Source: Patellaria atrata CBS 101060
Taxonomy: Eukaryota
Direction of reading: 5' to 3'
Assembly (NCBI GenBank): GCA_010093705.1
Contig: MU006105.1
Coordinates: forward strand, 225,960-289,959
Length of the DNA stretch: 64,000 bases
The notes under the pieces are model-generated. The model did not search any database. It was not told the origin of the DNA and worked only from the letters and a program-made list of their open reading frames with translations. The position numbers and the translations under genes are program-made. Positions 23,549-36,939 of this stretch are shown piece by piece. The stretch's first letter is position 1, and every line of letters starts with the position of its first letter.

Positions 23549-24022
23549 GGTAGACTGGGGATGAAACATGTATGGACAATGGTGGGAGTAGAAGTGGAAG
23601 TGGAAGTGGAAATCGTATTTGATTATTATGAGGAGATATATGCTTAGATTTAATGTCGACGCAGGGTGTGGTGTGGTGCGGTGCGGATATAGCTGGAATC
23701 GTAATTATAATCATATTATTCCACTTGACTGAGATGCAGATAAGGTTCCAGAAGATTGTCAGTAGAGATACGATGACCCATAGCCGAAGATGATAAAAAT
23801 ATATGATTGTCTAATGCCTATCTCCTCGTCCACTTCGCAAGTCGATCATGCAAAACGCTGATTACTGTTACGCCCCCCATTTTCCAAACGCCCGCCTCAC
23901 ATTGACAGACTCACTTCTTCAGCGCTAGACAAAGGCACTCTAATTGATAGCCAACCGGGGCCTTATACGCATAAATTCTTTCCCATCGCCCTCCACTTCC
24001 ACGGTCCCGTATCCCTCAATGT

Positions 24023-25856
24023 TTAAGAGTTGAGATAGTTGCGAATAGCACCTATAAACAGTATTAGCCCCTTCCCAGTAGATCACCGCAGCACCGCAAT
24101 CCCCCAAATCCAAATCTCAACACAATCGAACGGCAAAGGAGAACAATCACTCACCCTGCAACCGACCACTCACTTCCCCAACAGAATAAACCAAACTCTC
24201 CAAATCATCACCCGCCGTGATGCCGAACTTGCGCACGAAATCCCTCGCCGCACCCTCCAAATCGCTGTAATCCTCTCCTTGCTGCAGATCATCCTCGGGT
24301 CTGCCGAAATACGCATTACTCGAGATGCTCGTTGCGCCCTCGAAGTTCTGGAGCTGGCGTTTCGCTTCTGCCTGTGCGGCGGGATCGAAGTTATTACGAC
24401 CAAAGAACTCATCTGAAGAGATGCCCTTTTGGGTGCCGAATTTTTCCCGGGCGTAGCGTTCGGACTCTACAATTACCATGCAGTTAGTATATAGTCAACG
24501 GGGCAAAGTTGTTGTTGACCAGGTAATGTAGATAAGACAATATGGTAGATTTGTCTCTGGGAAGGGAAACGTACCATCCTGTGACGGGACAGGTTTTCCT
24601 ACAGCCCCGAATCCCATCTTCCTCGGCGCGGCAGCGGCCGGCTTCTTCCCGCCGATCTGTCCGAACCCCAACTTTCCCATCCCCATTCCCAGCCTCTCGA
24701 GCTCGCTATCACTCCTTTCGCGATTCTTGGCCGCAGCGCCGAAGCCGCCACGGGGTGGGCTGACAGGTGTCGGGGATACAATAGTGCTCTCGGCGGCTGC
24801 TTCCTTTTTAGCTTTAGCTGCTGCGGCCGCTACGGATTCTTCGTCTTCAGGGTCGTAGCCGAGTGTCGCAATGCGTTCAGCTTCCTCGCGGGCTTTCTTC
24901 TCTGCTTCTTCGAAGTCTAAACCGGTATCTGCGATCACTTTCTTTGCGCCTAGTTTTGTCTTCTTGCCGCCAAGAATATTGGCCTTGGGCCTGGCGGTGC
25001 CTGTGGCGGTCTTTCGAATCGCGGCAGAGGAGGTGGTAGTCCGAACGGGCGCAGGAGCCGGGCTAGAAGATTCGCCAGACAGTGGCGACTTGGGTCGTGC
25101 CCCTCCATTTGTAGGGGGGTTGAGGAATGGGGAGGCTTTGGAGTTTGAGGGGGTGCCTGTTCGCGAGGGAGGATTGCTAGGTCGCTTGATTGTCGGTTTG
25201 TCCCACGAAGAGAAGAAGTCATCCTCGCCAGCGTCTGTTTTAGGAGTGTTGGAACCCGAGCCGGGTGCGTCCTCTACGACGTCGGTGACTACTACTTCGT
25301 CGGGGTATCTGGTTGCATTAGACGGGTTCCGGTTGGGTTTTGTGGTGAGAGACTCACTGTTTCTGGTCTATAGCTACTCTCCTACTGAGTTCTTCTTTGT
25401 ATTTCGTTGCGGCGTTTGAGGTATATTTCACCTTAGGATCCTTGCTGGCCAACGCGGCGGAACCACCGTGAGATTGAAAGTATTTTGTAGCAGACTCATT
25501 CCCTCCAACTTTCATTATACGTAGTTGATCCCATTGCCAAACTATTGCCAAGTCGTCAGCGCAGCTGTCTAACATGCTGATCATTCCTACATACTGTCTA
25601 AATTCGTTGAGCGTACAAAGGAGATGTGGACGCCGAGATTTCGGTGGTTCGCGGAACAATCGAGGCATAGATAGATCCCAAATGGCACTGAGGACCATGT
25701 AGGGTTCTTTGCGTTGCAGTCGAAGCATACCTGTCGGAAATCGCGATCAGTATGGGGTATGGTAAAATAAGTAGCGGGAGTGTCTACCTTATTAGCGGGC
25801 TTAGTCTTTAGTTTCTCAAAGATTTTTTGAGACTCCGTTTTAGTGGCGAGGGCCAT
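24023..25856 (-). CDS. GLO3: ADP-ribosylation factor GTPase-activating protein, Glo3/ArfGAP2-3 type; exons 25856-25788, 25730-25595, 25541-25358, 25308-24575, 24466-24155, 24051-24023
   Basis: ArfGAP zinc finger [44 protein letters not shown], plus the duplicated Glo3 motif ([10 protein letters not shown] and [11 protein letters not shown]). Confidence 0.95.
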
Positions 25857-26164
25857 ATTTCAAGAGCAAGAGAGAGTATGTAATCAAATATTTTGAAAGA
25901 AGGGGAACCGTGATTATGGTGGAGGAAGAAGGCGATGTGATACCGTAGATGTCCAAAAGGTGTCTTTTGTCGTAGGGGTAAATTGCCAAGATTGTATTGA
26001 CGCACTGACCATATTCCTTTCAGCCCACCACATTTCTAGATCGCGAGTTGACGCTCCCTCCGAACGACTGCCGAGGGAACTATCTAATAACTCCAATTCC
26101 ACATCTTCGTGGCTACTGTTATTATAAAAAGATATGATCCTGTTGGAAATTACGAGTGATCATT

Positions 26165-28056
26165 ATGAGGGATGTATTGAATGATGTCTCAGAGTCAATC
26201 GTGCTGGTAAGTCGTCCAGATTGACGATCAAGGGGTTAGTTAGGTTGACTGATAAGAGCAGCTCACTCATTCATCATGGCATCGACTACTTGTATCTTGG
26301 GTTTATATACCAATTGGCTCAATTCTAATATTACTTGCTTGTTGGGGTGTTGATTCACTCATAAAAGTTATATCAATCTCCTTTCCTGCATCTGTAGCCT
26401 GTATGATAGTCCTGTTCTTCGCGTTAATCGGATCTGAAGGTGTTTTTGGAGAAAAGAAGACTAGATATGTAGTTCAACTACTTGATTACCCAGTAAATAT
26501 GACTACCTTTTGGTGCTTTCATCCTCCCATGCTTACTTCTTCATCAGTGTGGATTTTCATTACGCTGGATTAATGTTTTTTTCTCCCCATCATTTATTCT
26601 CCTACCCCTGAGTCCTGCAATCGGCGGTATGGAAATTGCCAAAATCATTGCCGTCCTGAGTCAGTATTCAAAGAAATAATATTCATATCCTTTATACTAA
26701 GCTCGTGACAGTCATCGGATATATAGTGATGTTCGTCGTGACTGCATACGGGGTACGCGGTCTTCAACGTGTCCTAGGGACTTCGAAAAGAGGAATGACT
26801 GAGAGAGCAGAGGAACTTGGAGCAGAAGATGACATTCCCTTGACAAACGTCAGAGATGAGTCTGCATCTACTGCTGCCTCTCTACATGACGATCAACCAC
26901 CTACCCCACCCACAGAAGAGGTTCAAGCTCCTCTCCTACAAGCTCCTTCGAGGGCACAGGATCCAAACGAGGTAATGGGTACTGGGGGTCCTCCCGATCA
27001 TATTCCAATAATTCCATCAAACGAAACACCTAGTCGGCTTCACCATGACTCTCTTCCACTTAATCGAGCTCAAAGGTGGGCGCAGTCCCTTAATGCGTAC
27101 CTCGATATCATTGTGCATGCCGTCATATTCCTCCTAATAGGCCTCCCGTTATACTACACCTCAAGGTACGCGATGCCCGCTCAGCTCGCATTGAACATTC
27201 TCACCTACTTCGCTGCTCTTTCCATCCCTGCAAGTTGGAGGCGGATGCTACACCCCGTTCTAGTATCTTCTCTCATCGCCGTCCCAAGTATTTGGATCAT
27301 GGCCATTATTGGTGGTGATAGTCTACACAACGGATTGAAGGCATACAAGACCGGTACACGGTATATCCAACTTTTGAACGGTGAGAAGGACCTACTCAAT
27401 CCCGGAGCGGGAGATATTTTCAGTACGATGCTGGATGTCAGTATCGTCGCGCTCGCCTTGCCCATGTTCCAGTACCGTAATGAACTAAAGCGTCACGTAC
27501 GTCTCCCTTCCAGTGCCCATTTCGTTACCGCTGATATCTGTAGTACTGGCCCATAATAATTCCTAGCGTGCTCCTCTCCGTCGGTTCATTATACGCATAT
27601 CCAACCGTGTGCCACGCATTGGGAATCGCACCCGCCAGATCTCTCGCATTCGCATCTCGTAGCCTCACCCTCGCTCTTGCACAACCCGCAACGCAAAACT
27701 TAGGAGGAGATCTCTCGCTCGTCGCTGTCCTTTGCCTTGTGAGTGGAATGATTGGGGTATTAGTAGCTCCTGCGGCGCTCAAATGGTTACGGATTCCAGA
27801 AGGTATGAATCTACCTTGGTGTTTGCACGGTGTGAGATGTAGGTGCTGATCCCGTGCAGATGACTACATCACCCGAGGAGTCACACTCGGGGCAAATTCT
27901 AGCGCCATTGCTACAGCATATCTTCTAACGAGCGACCCGAGAGCAGCGGCATTTAGTACTCTGTCCATGAGTCTATTTGGAACTGTAACCGTCGCTCTTA
28001 CATCCATACCAGCTGTTGTAAGACTTGTGGCCGGTTTGGCTGGATTGTCAACTTAG
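26165..28056 (+). CDS. LrgA/LrgB-like (CidB/LrgB family, PLGG1-like) multi-pass membrane protein; exons 26165-26206, 26262-26492, 26548-26659, 26712-27496, 27544-27802, 27860-28056
   Basis: N-terminal SFPASVACM and GFSLRWINVFFSPSFILLP; C-terminal LrgB motifs LDVSIVALALPMFQYR, LAFASRSLTLALA, LGGD and DDYITRGVTLGANSSAIATAYLL..DPRAAA. Five frame-consistent introns. Confidence 0.85.
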
Positions 28057-29735
28057 AAGACCTACCAGATATCTCAGTCAAGCTCAAATGCGTTTTTGGT
28101 AGTCAATTAGAAATTGTTTTTAGCAGTTGTGCACTGTAAGGCCTTTGCGTCTCAATTATGTACTGTACCTCGTAACTTGATATATCGACTTTTATCTTCC
28201 ATACCCACCATAAGTAGTGCAGTTATACTCGTACTTCAACCCAACCAAACCAAACTCCCGATCTCGTGGAGTCGGCCACAGGTCCTGTCTCCCCGCTTCC
28301 TATCCTAACCCTCTAGCGCAAAACCCAAAAACATCAAAAAAACCACAAACTTCATCGGCAGCAAGTCCACCTCCGACAAGACGTTCGAACTTCGCAAAAT
28401 GCAAATGTTCACATTTGAAATAGTCTCATTCTCTCCCATATCCAATTGGATAAACATATAATCTTACCCTAAGGTGGTAAACCATTTCTCCGATCAACAT
28501 CTCGGACGTCACTCTTAGCTTTTGCCCTCATCGTGATCGACATCTACATCATCCACGATCTGAGAAATCCCATACCGCATGTAGCGCAATCGTCGATACC
28601 TACAAACTTCCTCCTTCCCCTAAACTACCGAGAATTATCACACTCAGATCCGCACACGGACCGAGATCGTAGGCACGAGTCTCTCGTCGGAGGGAAAGCC
28701 AAGGGGTTCGAAGACGTTCGATGGCTTTTGGGAAAATTGCTTGTTTGGGGGTATGTCGTGTTTCTGCGTAAGGTGCTGTACTGTGCGCGGGCTGTTGTGG
28801 CGAGCGTGGCTTCAGACGTTAGATTGCTTATCTGCTCTGATGAGACTGTAAGGGATCGTGACGGGACGGGATTCTGCCCTATTTGACATCTGTCCTATTT
28901 GTGAAATGTCGTGAATGTATACTAAGGTACGTACTGGACGTGATACCCCCCCTTAGCGTGTATGTGAGTAAGGTATCTGAGGAAAGATCTCCCTACCGTC
29001 TCACTTTGGTAGATTAGGAGATATCACGTGGGAAACTCGTCCGTAGAGGATGTTTTTGTACCTGTTATTTGAGATACTAGATAGCGAGACCCGCGATAAC
29101 TGTCCGTTATAATGGTATAGCAGATTTTGAGTCCCCATACCACTCACATCTTGAGGAAGTACCTTGGTCCAAATTTTCTTCCATCCACTCGGGGACTGAA
29201 ATGATAAGGTATTGCTTGATGTGGGATGGGAGGTATATGAGCGTCTCAAATCGCGGTTGCCCAGATAGATAGTGCGCTGTTTCCTTAATAGGTAGTTCGC
29301 CAAATCACTATACTGCACAACAACGCTTTCTCCAGGTCCTGATGTGAGAGGAGAATCTTGACATTAAAATCTCGTAGTATCCTATTCTATATTACACAAG
29401 CGCGCGGCGACCATCTCCTCGTTTTACGAGAATAGATAGCTGCCTGGAACAACTTCGCGCGCTTTTTCCACCCTTGTCCCCTCAAGACATCCCCCCTACT
29501 CAAATAGAAGAGATAACACAGAAAAGGGGAACTCGATGAGCTCGATCCTACAAGATCTTCATAACGCTCGGAGAAGAGAAATAAACGTACAAGAAAAGAA
29601 AATCGCCGCTTCCCGACTTCATAAATAAGAGTCGAGATTCAGGAAATGATGAGACAAGCAGACCACCGAACGACCAAGATATGCAACCAACGCTTTTTAG
29701 ACAAGACAACAGAAACTCTAGAGGTTAGGGTATAT

Positions 29736-31852
<2,117 letters not shown>

Positions 31853-33289
31853 GATAGCGCGGGAAAACTAATATTAAGATGCTTCCTAAGGGATTGAAGC
31901 AATACAAGAGGCTTGAATAGATGGAGGGATGAATTAAATGGGTGGCGTGGATGGGAAGTAGAAGAATTGGATGGTCAGGTAGATGCAGCGATGGAAATAT
32001 AGATGGATTCCAGGAGAGGTTCGGCTTTGGGACAAAATTTTAGAAGAGAAGGCGGTAGAAGCTCCTGCCCTGGTGATGCTCCAATTGGTCGACTCTCCGC
32101 ACAGAATCCTCGGCACTCTGGGCACCTGGACTATCATCAACTCTCTCTTCTATTGACACCATTTCGACGACCCAAAGACAAATCTCCGAACTCGATTGTT
32201 ATATCGTGGACAGCTCGAATATATTGTCCTCCAGCGAGACTTCTTTGATGGACTCTAACCAGATTAATAAAAGAACCGTAACAAACTGATAGGAGTTACG
32301 ACAAAACGGACTTTATTGGGCTCATATCGCAATCCAGGAAAGTAGACGGGCCTCAAAACACATTTTAAAGAGCCTCAGGATATAGTATTATAAGAAGTGC
32401 TGGGACGGTCACCGTGGCCATTTGCTATGGGTTCACATCGGGAACTTGAATAGGAAATACATTTAAAGAGAGGACCAAGGGCTCAGATCGAAGACTTCAG
32501 AGCCAATGTCTAGCCATGACTATGCCGTCTGTCAGTCTAGATGATCAAGAGTATAGCAACGTCTTCGCAATCTTAGTGGAATCGTTCTCACTCTCATGCT
32601 CGGCTCGTCTGATAGCTTGAAAGCTCATCATCAAGACGATAACTTCAGGGGCCTAGAAAAGATTCATATACATATCAACATAGTCATAGAGAAGAGAGAG
32701 AGTCTCTAATAGTGGAATATCCTCTCAGATCAGAGAAATGACGTGACATGATCCAACGCCTTGCTTGAATTCTCTCATAATATCCATAGCAATTCAATGC
32801 TTTAGCAAAGTTTTTCATGTAAGGTGGTCGATATCACAAGATTTATGTTAAGGAGCAACGGGGATTCATGTCAAATAATACCCCTTATGAGAGCTCGTCG
32901 ACTTTTCATGTCGGAGAATAAATAGGTTATACTGCTGTGATATTTTTCGTATCCTCTAGCTATTAGAAATTGTATCATTGAGCATGGGTGGTCAGGGATA
33001 CACTTGATGGCCAACTCTGCAGATACATAAATTCTAGGCAGAACAATAATATGAGACTGATACTCACAATTGAATATCTTTTTTCACCAAAAGTATACCT
33101 CTTGTGAGCCAACTGGATTGAATTCATACAGGCGAGTAAGAGTCCTCTTATGGCCGGACTATAATCGGCATCAACTCGGTATTGGGACTAGCCAAGAGCA
33201 ATGACCTCTGTTTCCCTCTCCGCTTTTCGGGCTCATTGTATTAACATTATATACTATTAATCAGCTCCCGATCCTCAACAATCACATCA

Positions 33290-33382
33290 TCCCCCGTGGC
33301 CAAGCTGGTTAAGGCGACAGACTGTTATCCACCTAAGGATTCCGCAATCTGGAGGTCGCTAGTTCGACTCTAGCCGGGGGAG
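33290..33382 (+). tRNA. tRNA-Asn (anticodon GTT) with a 19-nt intron (33328-33346)
   Basis: Acceptor stem TCCCCCG/CGGGGGA, A box TGGCCAAGCTGG, anticodon loop CT-GTT-A, intron after position 37, T arm GCTAG-TTCGACT-CTAGC, and a T-run Pol III terminator just downstream. Confidence 0.93.
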
Positions 33383-33946
33383 ATCAACTTTTGTTTCTTT
33401 TTGCACTTCTGTGCACTAGTTACTTACCTCAAACCTTTTCTTTTTGAGCATTTTGCACAGTATATACATACATACCTTTAAATTAGCCTCTCTCTTTCTG
33501 CTTGATAATCGAGGGTTGATGTTACTACGAAATTATATAGAATTCTCATTGTACACCAATAGAAGCATACGGAGTTTAACAAATGTGAGGTTTTACCCCC
33601 ACGTGATGAAGTTGTGGCTACTCCAAAGCCATCCTCGAATCATACTTGACTGTAACACCAAACAACAAAGACCCAAGCTGTGACAGTTGTCCCTTGGTGA
33701 CAACCCTCTTCACCACTCCACCCCTTGATGCATCTAGTTCGACACGTAGAAATATATTTCGTGAATGCGACTCCTTGACTCTCACCTCGACTACTGACGT
33801 AGTAGCCACCCGTAAACTCTTGACGGTTTCCTATGCCCTGCCGAGTGCCTCCATTCACTTATTAAAAAGGCTCCCACTACCACCTCACTCTCTGAACTCT
33901 TCCTCACTGGCCCGAATGAGAGACTTTACTCCCAAACAACTCCATC

Positions 33947-36319
33947 ATGGCAGTCGACGATTACCTGTATGCTATGCTCACCCGACGCTTCCCTCATCTT
34001 CATCAGCTAACCGCGCCATTCATTAGGTGTAGAGACACTGACGACCTCGTCTTGCCCGCGAAAACCTTCTATCCCGTTCAGATACCTATCGCGTAACGTC
34101 ACCGATACCCTATCCACCACGATGTATGCTAACGGTTAGGGAGGCATTATCAATTGCGCCACTTCATAAACTCACCTGAACCCGGCTTGATATACTACGC
34201 GGCTGGAGCAGACATCTACTGCTTGAACATAAAAAAGAAACAGAGATCGCATGTCGCCGCACTACCATTCGAAGCTAGGTGTACCGCTGCTGGATATGGC
34301 TGGGTTTGTGTTGGTGGAGAAACCAACGGTGATTTTGCTTCAGTCAAGATTGACTGCACCGCATCATATGCATATCCTGCAGATGTAGATACTATGTTAC
34401 CACTAGATCTGGGAACAAGTAATCGAACTACATCATCACTTCATTCAAGAATTTCTCCACTCGTCCAAGTCGAGAGAATTGGCGAAGACATTGTCAACTC
34501 AATATCAATTCATAAGCTTCCAGGAGACCGTGAAGGCACCCCTGATGAGGTTGTCGCCATTCTTACCAACAATGATAAGACCGTCCGCATCTATTCTCTC
34601 ACACAATCTAAAGAGACAGAAGTGCTAGAATTACCATTCCCCATGAATCACGCCACCATCTCTCCTAACGGTCGATTACTCGTAGCGGTGGGTGACTATC
34701 AGCAAGCTTACTTTTACGAACGAGGGAAGACAATTCGACTCTCCTCATCAAAATCCGTTGACGTAGGGCATGCTTGGTCTTTGATTCAAGTTATTCAGCT
34801 TCATGTTCCACCTCCCACCAGTGTCACCGGTTATTTCACCACCGCCTGGTCACCATCTGGAAGTCTATGTGCGGTTGCCTCAGAATGTGGATATATCACA
34901 ATCTTCGATACTGATATGTTGTCTAATGTCGAAACTGGTGAAGAGGCGATAGTTCAAATAGTCAAGTCTTCTCGTGCAGATACACAGTACGGTCCTGGTT
35001 CAGTCCGCACAATGTGTTTCGCACCCCGACCGCTCGACCTACTGATTTGGAGCGAAGATCAAGGTCGGATTTGCATATCGGATTTACGAACTGGCCTCAA
35101 GACAAAGCAAGTCATCATCCTCGATCCGGAAGAAGAAGGAGTTGAACGCGTGGAGGTTTCTGAATCTCCAGCCGACTCTATCCGGGATCCTCAGCTTCCC
35201 CTGAGCGAAGAAGCAGACTTTATTCGGCGCTACCAGCGGGCCCTTAATGCTGGAGGAAACGATGCAGCAACGGCTGTTGCTACGGACTACATCGAACGAT
35301 TTGGTGGACGGGTTCCCGGACGTCATACAGTGGACATGTCACGAGCAACACCCCTGGTCCCACCAGGCCCACCGGGTGTCGTCGAGATGGACGATGATCC
35401 TAACGGACTCACTTCACAGGAACGTCAGATTCTAGAAGCCATTCGTGTTACCAGAGAGCGGGACCACGACCGTATCCGCCGCGCAATGCCCCGTAGCGTC
35501 AACTACATATACGGCGACAACAGGCCAGCCCAGAATTCGAACACCCCACCACTGAATACTGAAGCAGTCACCACTGCTCGGCCAGAACCCAGTGGACCCC
35601 TTCCACCATCTCTCCGCGAGTATCTCACCGAACGCGCCCAACAAGCCATATCCCGTGCGGCCAATCCTCCTCCAGCTCCCTCCAGCCGGGCATTTCATGA
35701 TCGCAGAGCAGCTTTGCAAGCCCGCACTGGCGCTGACCCTGTACCACCTCACGGCCGCTCCGCCGATGGCATTCCAATCACCACTACCACCTCCCTCGAC
35801 GCTTGGCGCACCATCGAAGCCGCTATGCGTCGTCCCCCAACCACAACTTCTTCACCCTTAGCACGAGACTGGGGTTTCCTCCCCGAAACCAACAACATTT
35901 TTGCTCGGGCCAGAGCCCTGGAGCAAGAAACAGCTGCTGCCCTTGCGGCGGCAAATGCGACTGCGAATATTACGGCGAATGCTACGTCGAATGCTACGGC
36001 GAACGCCACGACGAATGCTACTGGCCTAGCGACGGCGAACGCCACAGCGAATGCAGCCCTGGAACCTGCAACCTTACGTCGCATTCAGCGTTACGCTAGG
36101 GCTCATGAACGTGGAGCTAGCCACGAGGTTAGTCTGTTGCGACGTGCTCCAGCGGTGGGCAGTCGCAGGATTTGGCTGCCTCAAGCCGGACTTAGGACTG
36201 CTGGACTGGCAATGAGTGAAGATGGTAGGAGCTTGTATGCCGGCACCGAGGAGGGCATCTTTGTTATTGGTGTCGATATCTGCAGGAGAAAGGTTATGCC
36301 CGCTGTGGAAATGAGGTAG
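33947..36319 (+). CDS. DUF2415-like WD40/beta-propeller protein; exons 33947-33966, 34027-34092, 34144-36319
   Basis: HYQLRHFI, IVNSISI, TNNDKTVRIYSL, MNHATISPNGRLLVAVGD, FTTAWSPSG, GSVRTMCF, LLIWSEDQGRICISDLR and C-terminal TAGLAMSEDGRSLYAGTEEGI. The 5' exons were inferred from splice signals. Confidence 0.8.
35950..36056 (+). repeat. Coding 12-bp tandem repeat encoding (ANAT)n-like units
   Basis: GCGAATGCTACG-like units translate as ANATANITANATSNATANATTNATGLATANATANA. Confidence 0.85.
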
Positions 36320-36939
36320 ATATCTGGATGATACGGAAGAGATAAGTTCGATGGTGAACAAGTTGACAGGAAGCATTGGGTCTACATTCTCCCTCTTTTC
36401 TTTGGACAGCTCTTCCCGTTCCTACTTCTCCTATTCGCTTTTCCTGTACCCTCCATCTCATCATTTGATGGCGTCTGGCATACTCTCCTTTTCTCCCTTT
36501 GTGTTTACATATTTCCCCTTCCTCATGTCTTGACCCTGCTTTTCGACCTCTCATATTTGAGTGTCTTACAGCTACGTCCTTTCAAACGGGCTCTACTCAG
36601 TTCAGTATGATTGATGGAATATGATGGTGGTCTTTATGTATATTATGATACGTACGGCGCTTCTTCTAGCTATGAAAAGCTCACTTGCTTTGGAAAGGCG
36701 CAGGAGTTGACAGTTGGTAGTAGGAATGATAATATATTCAAATCGTGTGCTGTTTTAGTCACTGACGTACTTTTGGATCTTAATGTAATGCCACGGGTCC
36801 CTGAACCCTTTTGTCTTTTCAAGACCCGTCATATCTCGCTCCCCGTTCCCATCTCCCATCTCCTCCCTATTCCCATGATCCCCCTCCGTCCCCGCTTCTC
36901 ACATTGCACGACGCTTTCGATCCCGAATATCTCCCTCTA

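Noticed and set aside
28100..29400. Short ORFs between the LrgB-like gene and Hsp70
   Set aside because: No consistent exon chain or motif was found.
31853..32250. Heat-shock elements upstream of mitochondrial Hsp70
   Set aside because: Scattered GAA/TTC units only, with no clean array of three alternating nGAAn units.
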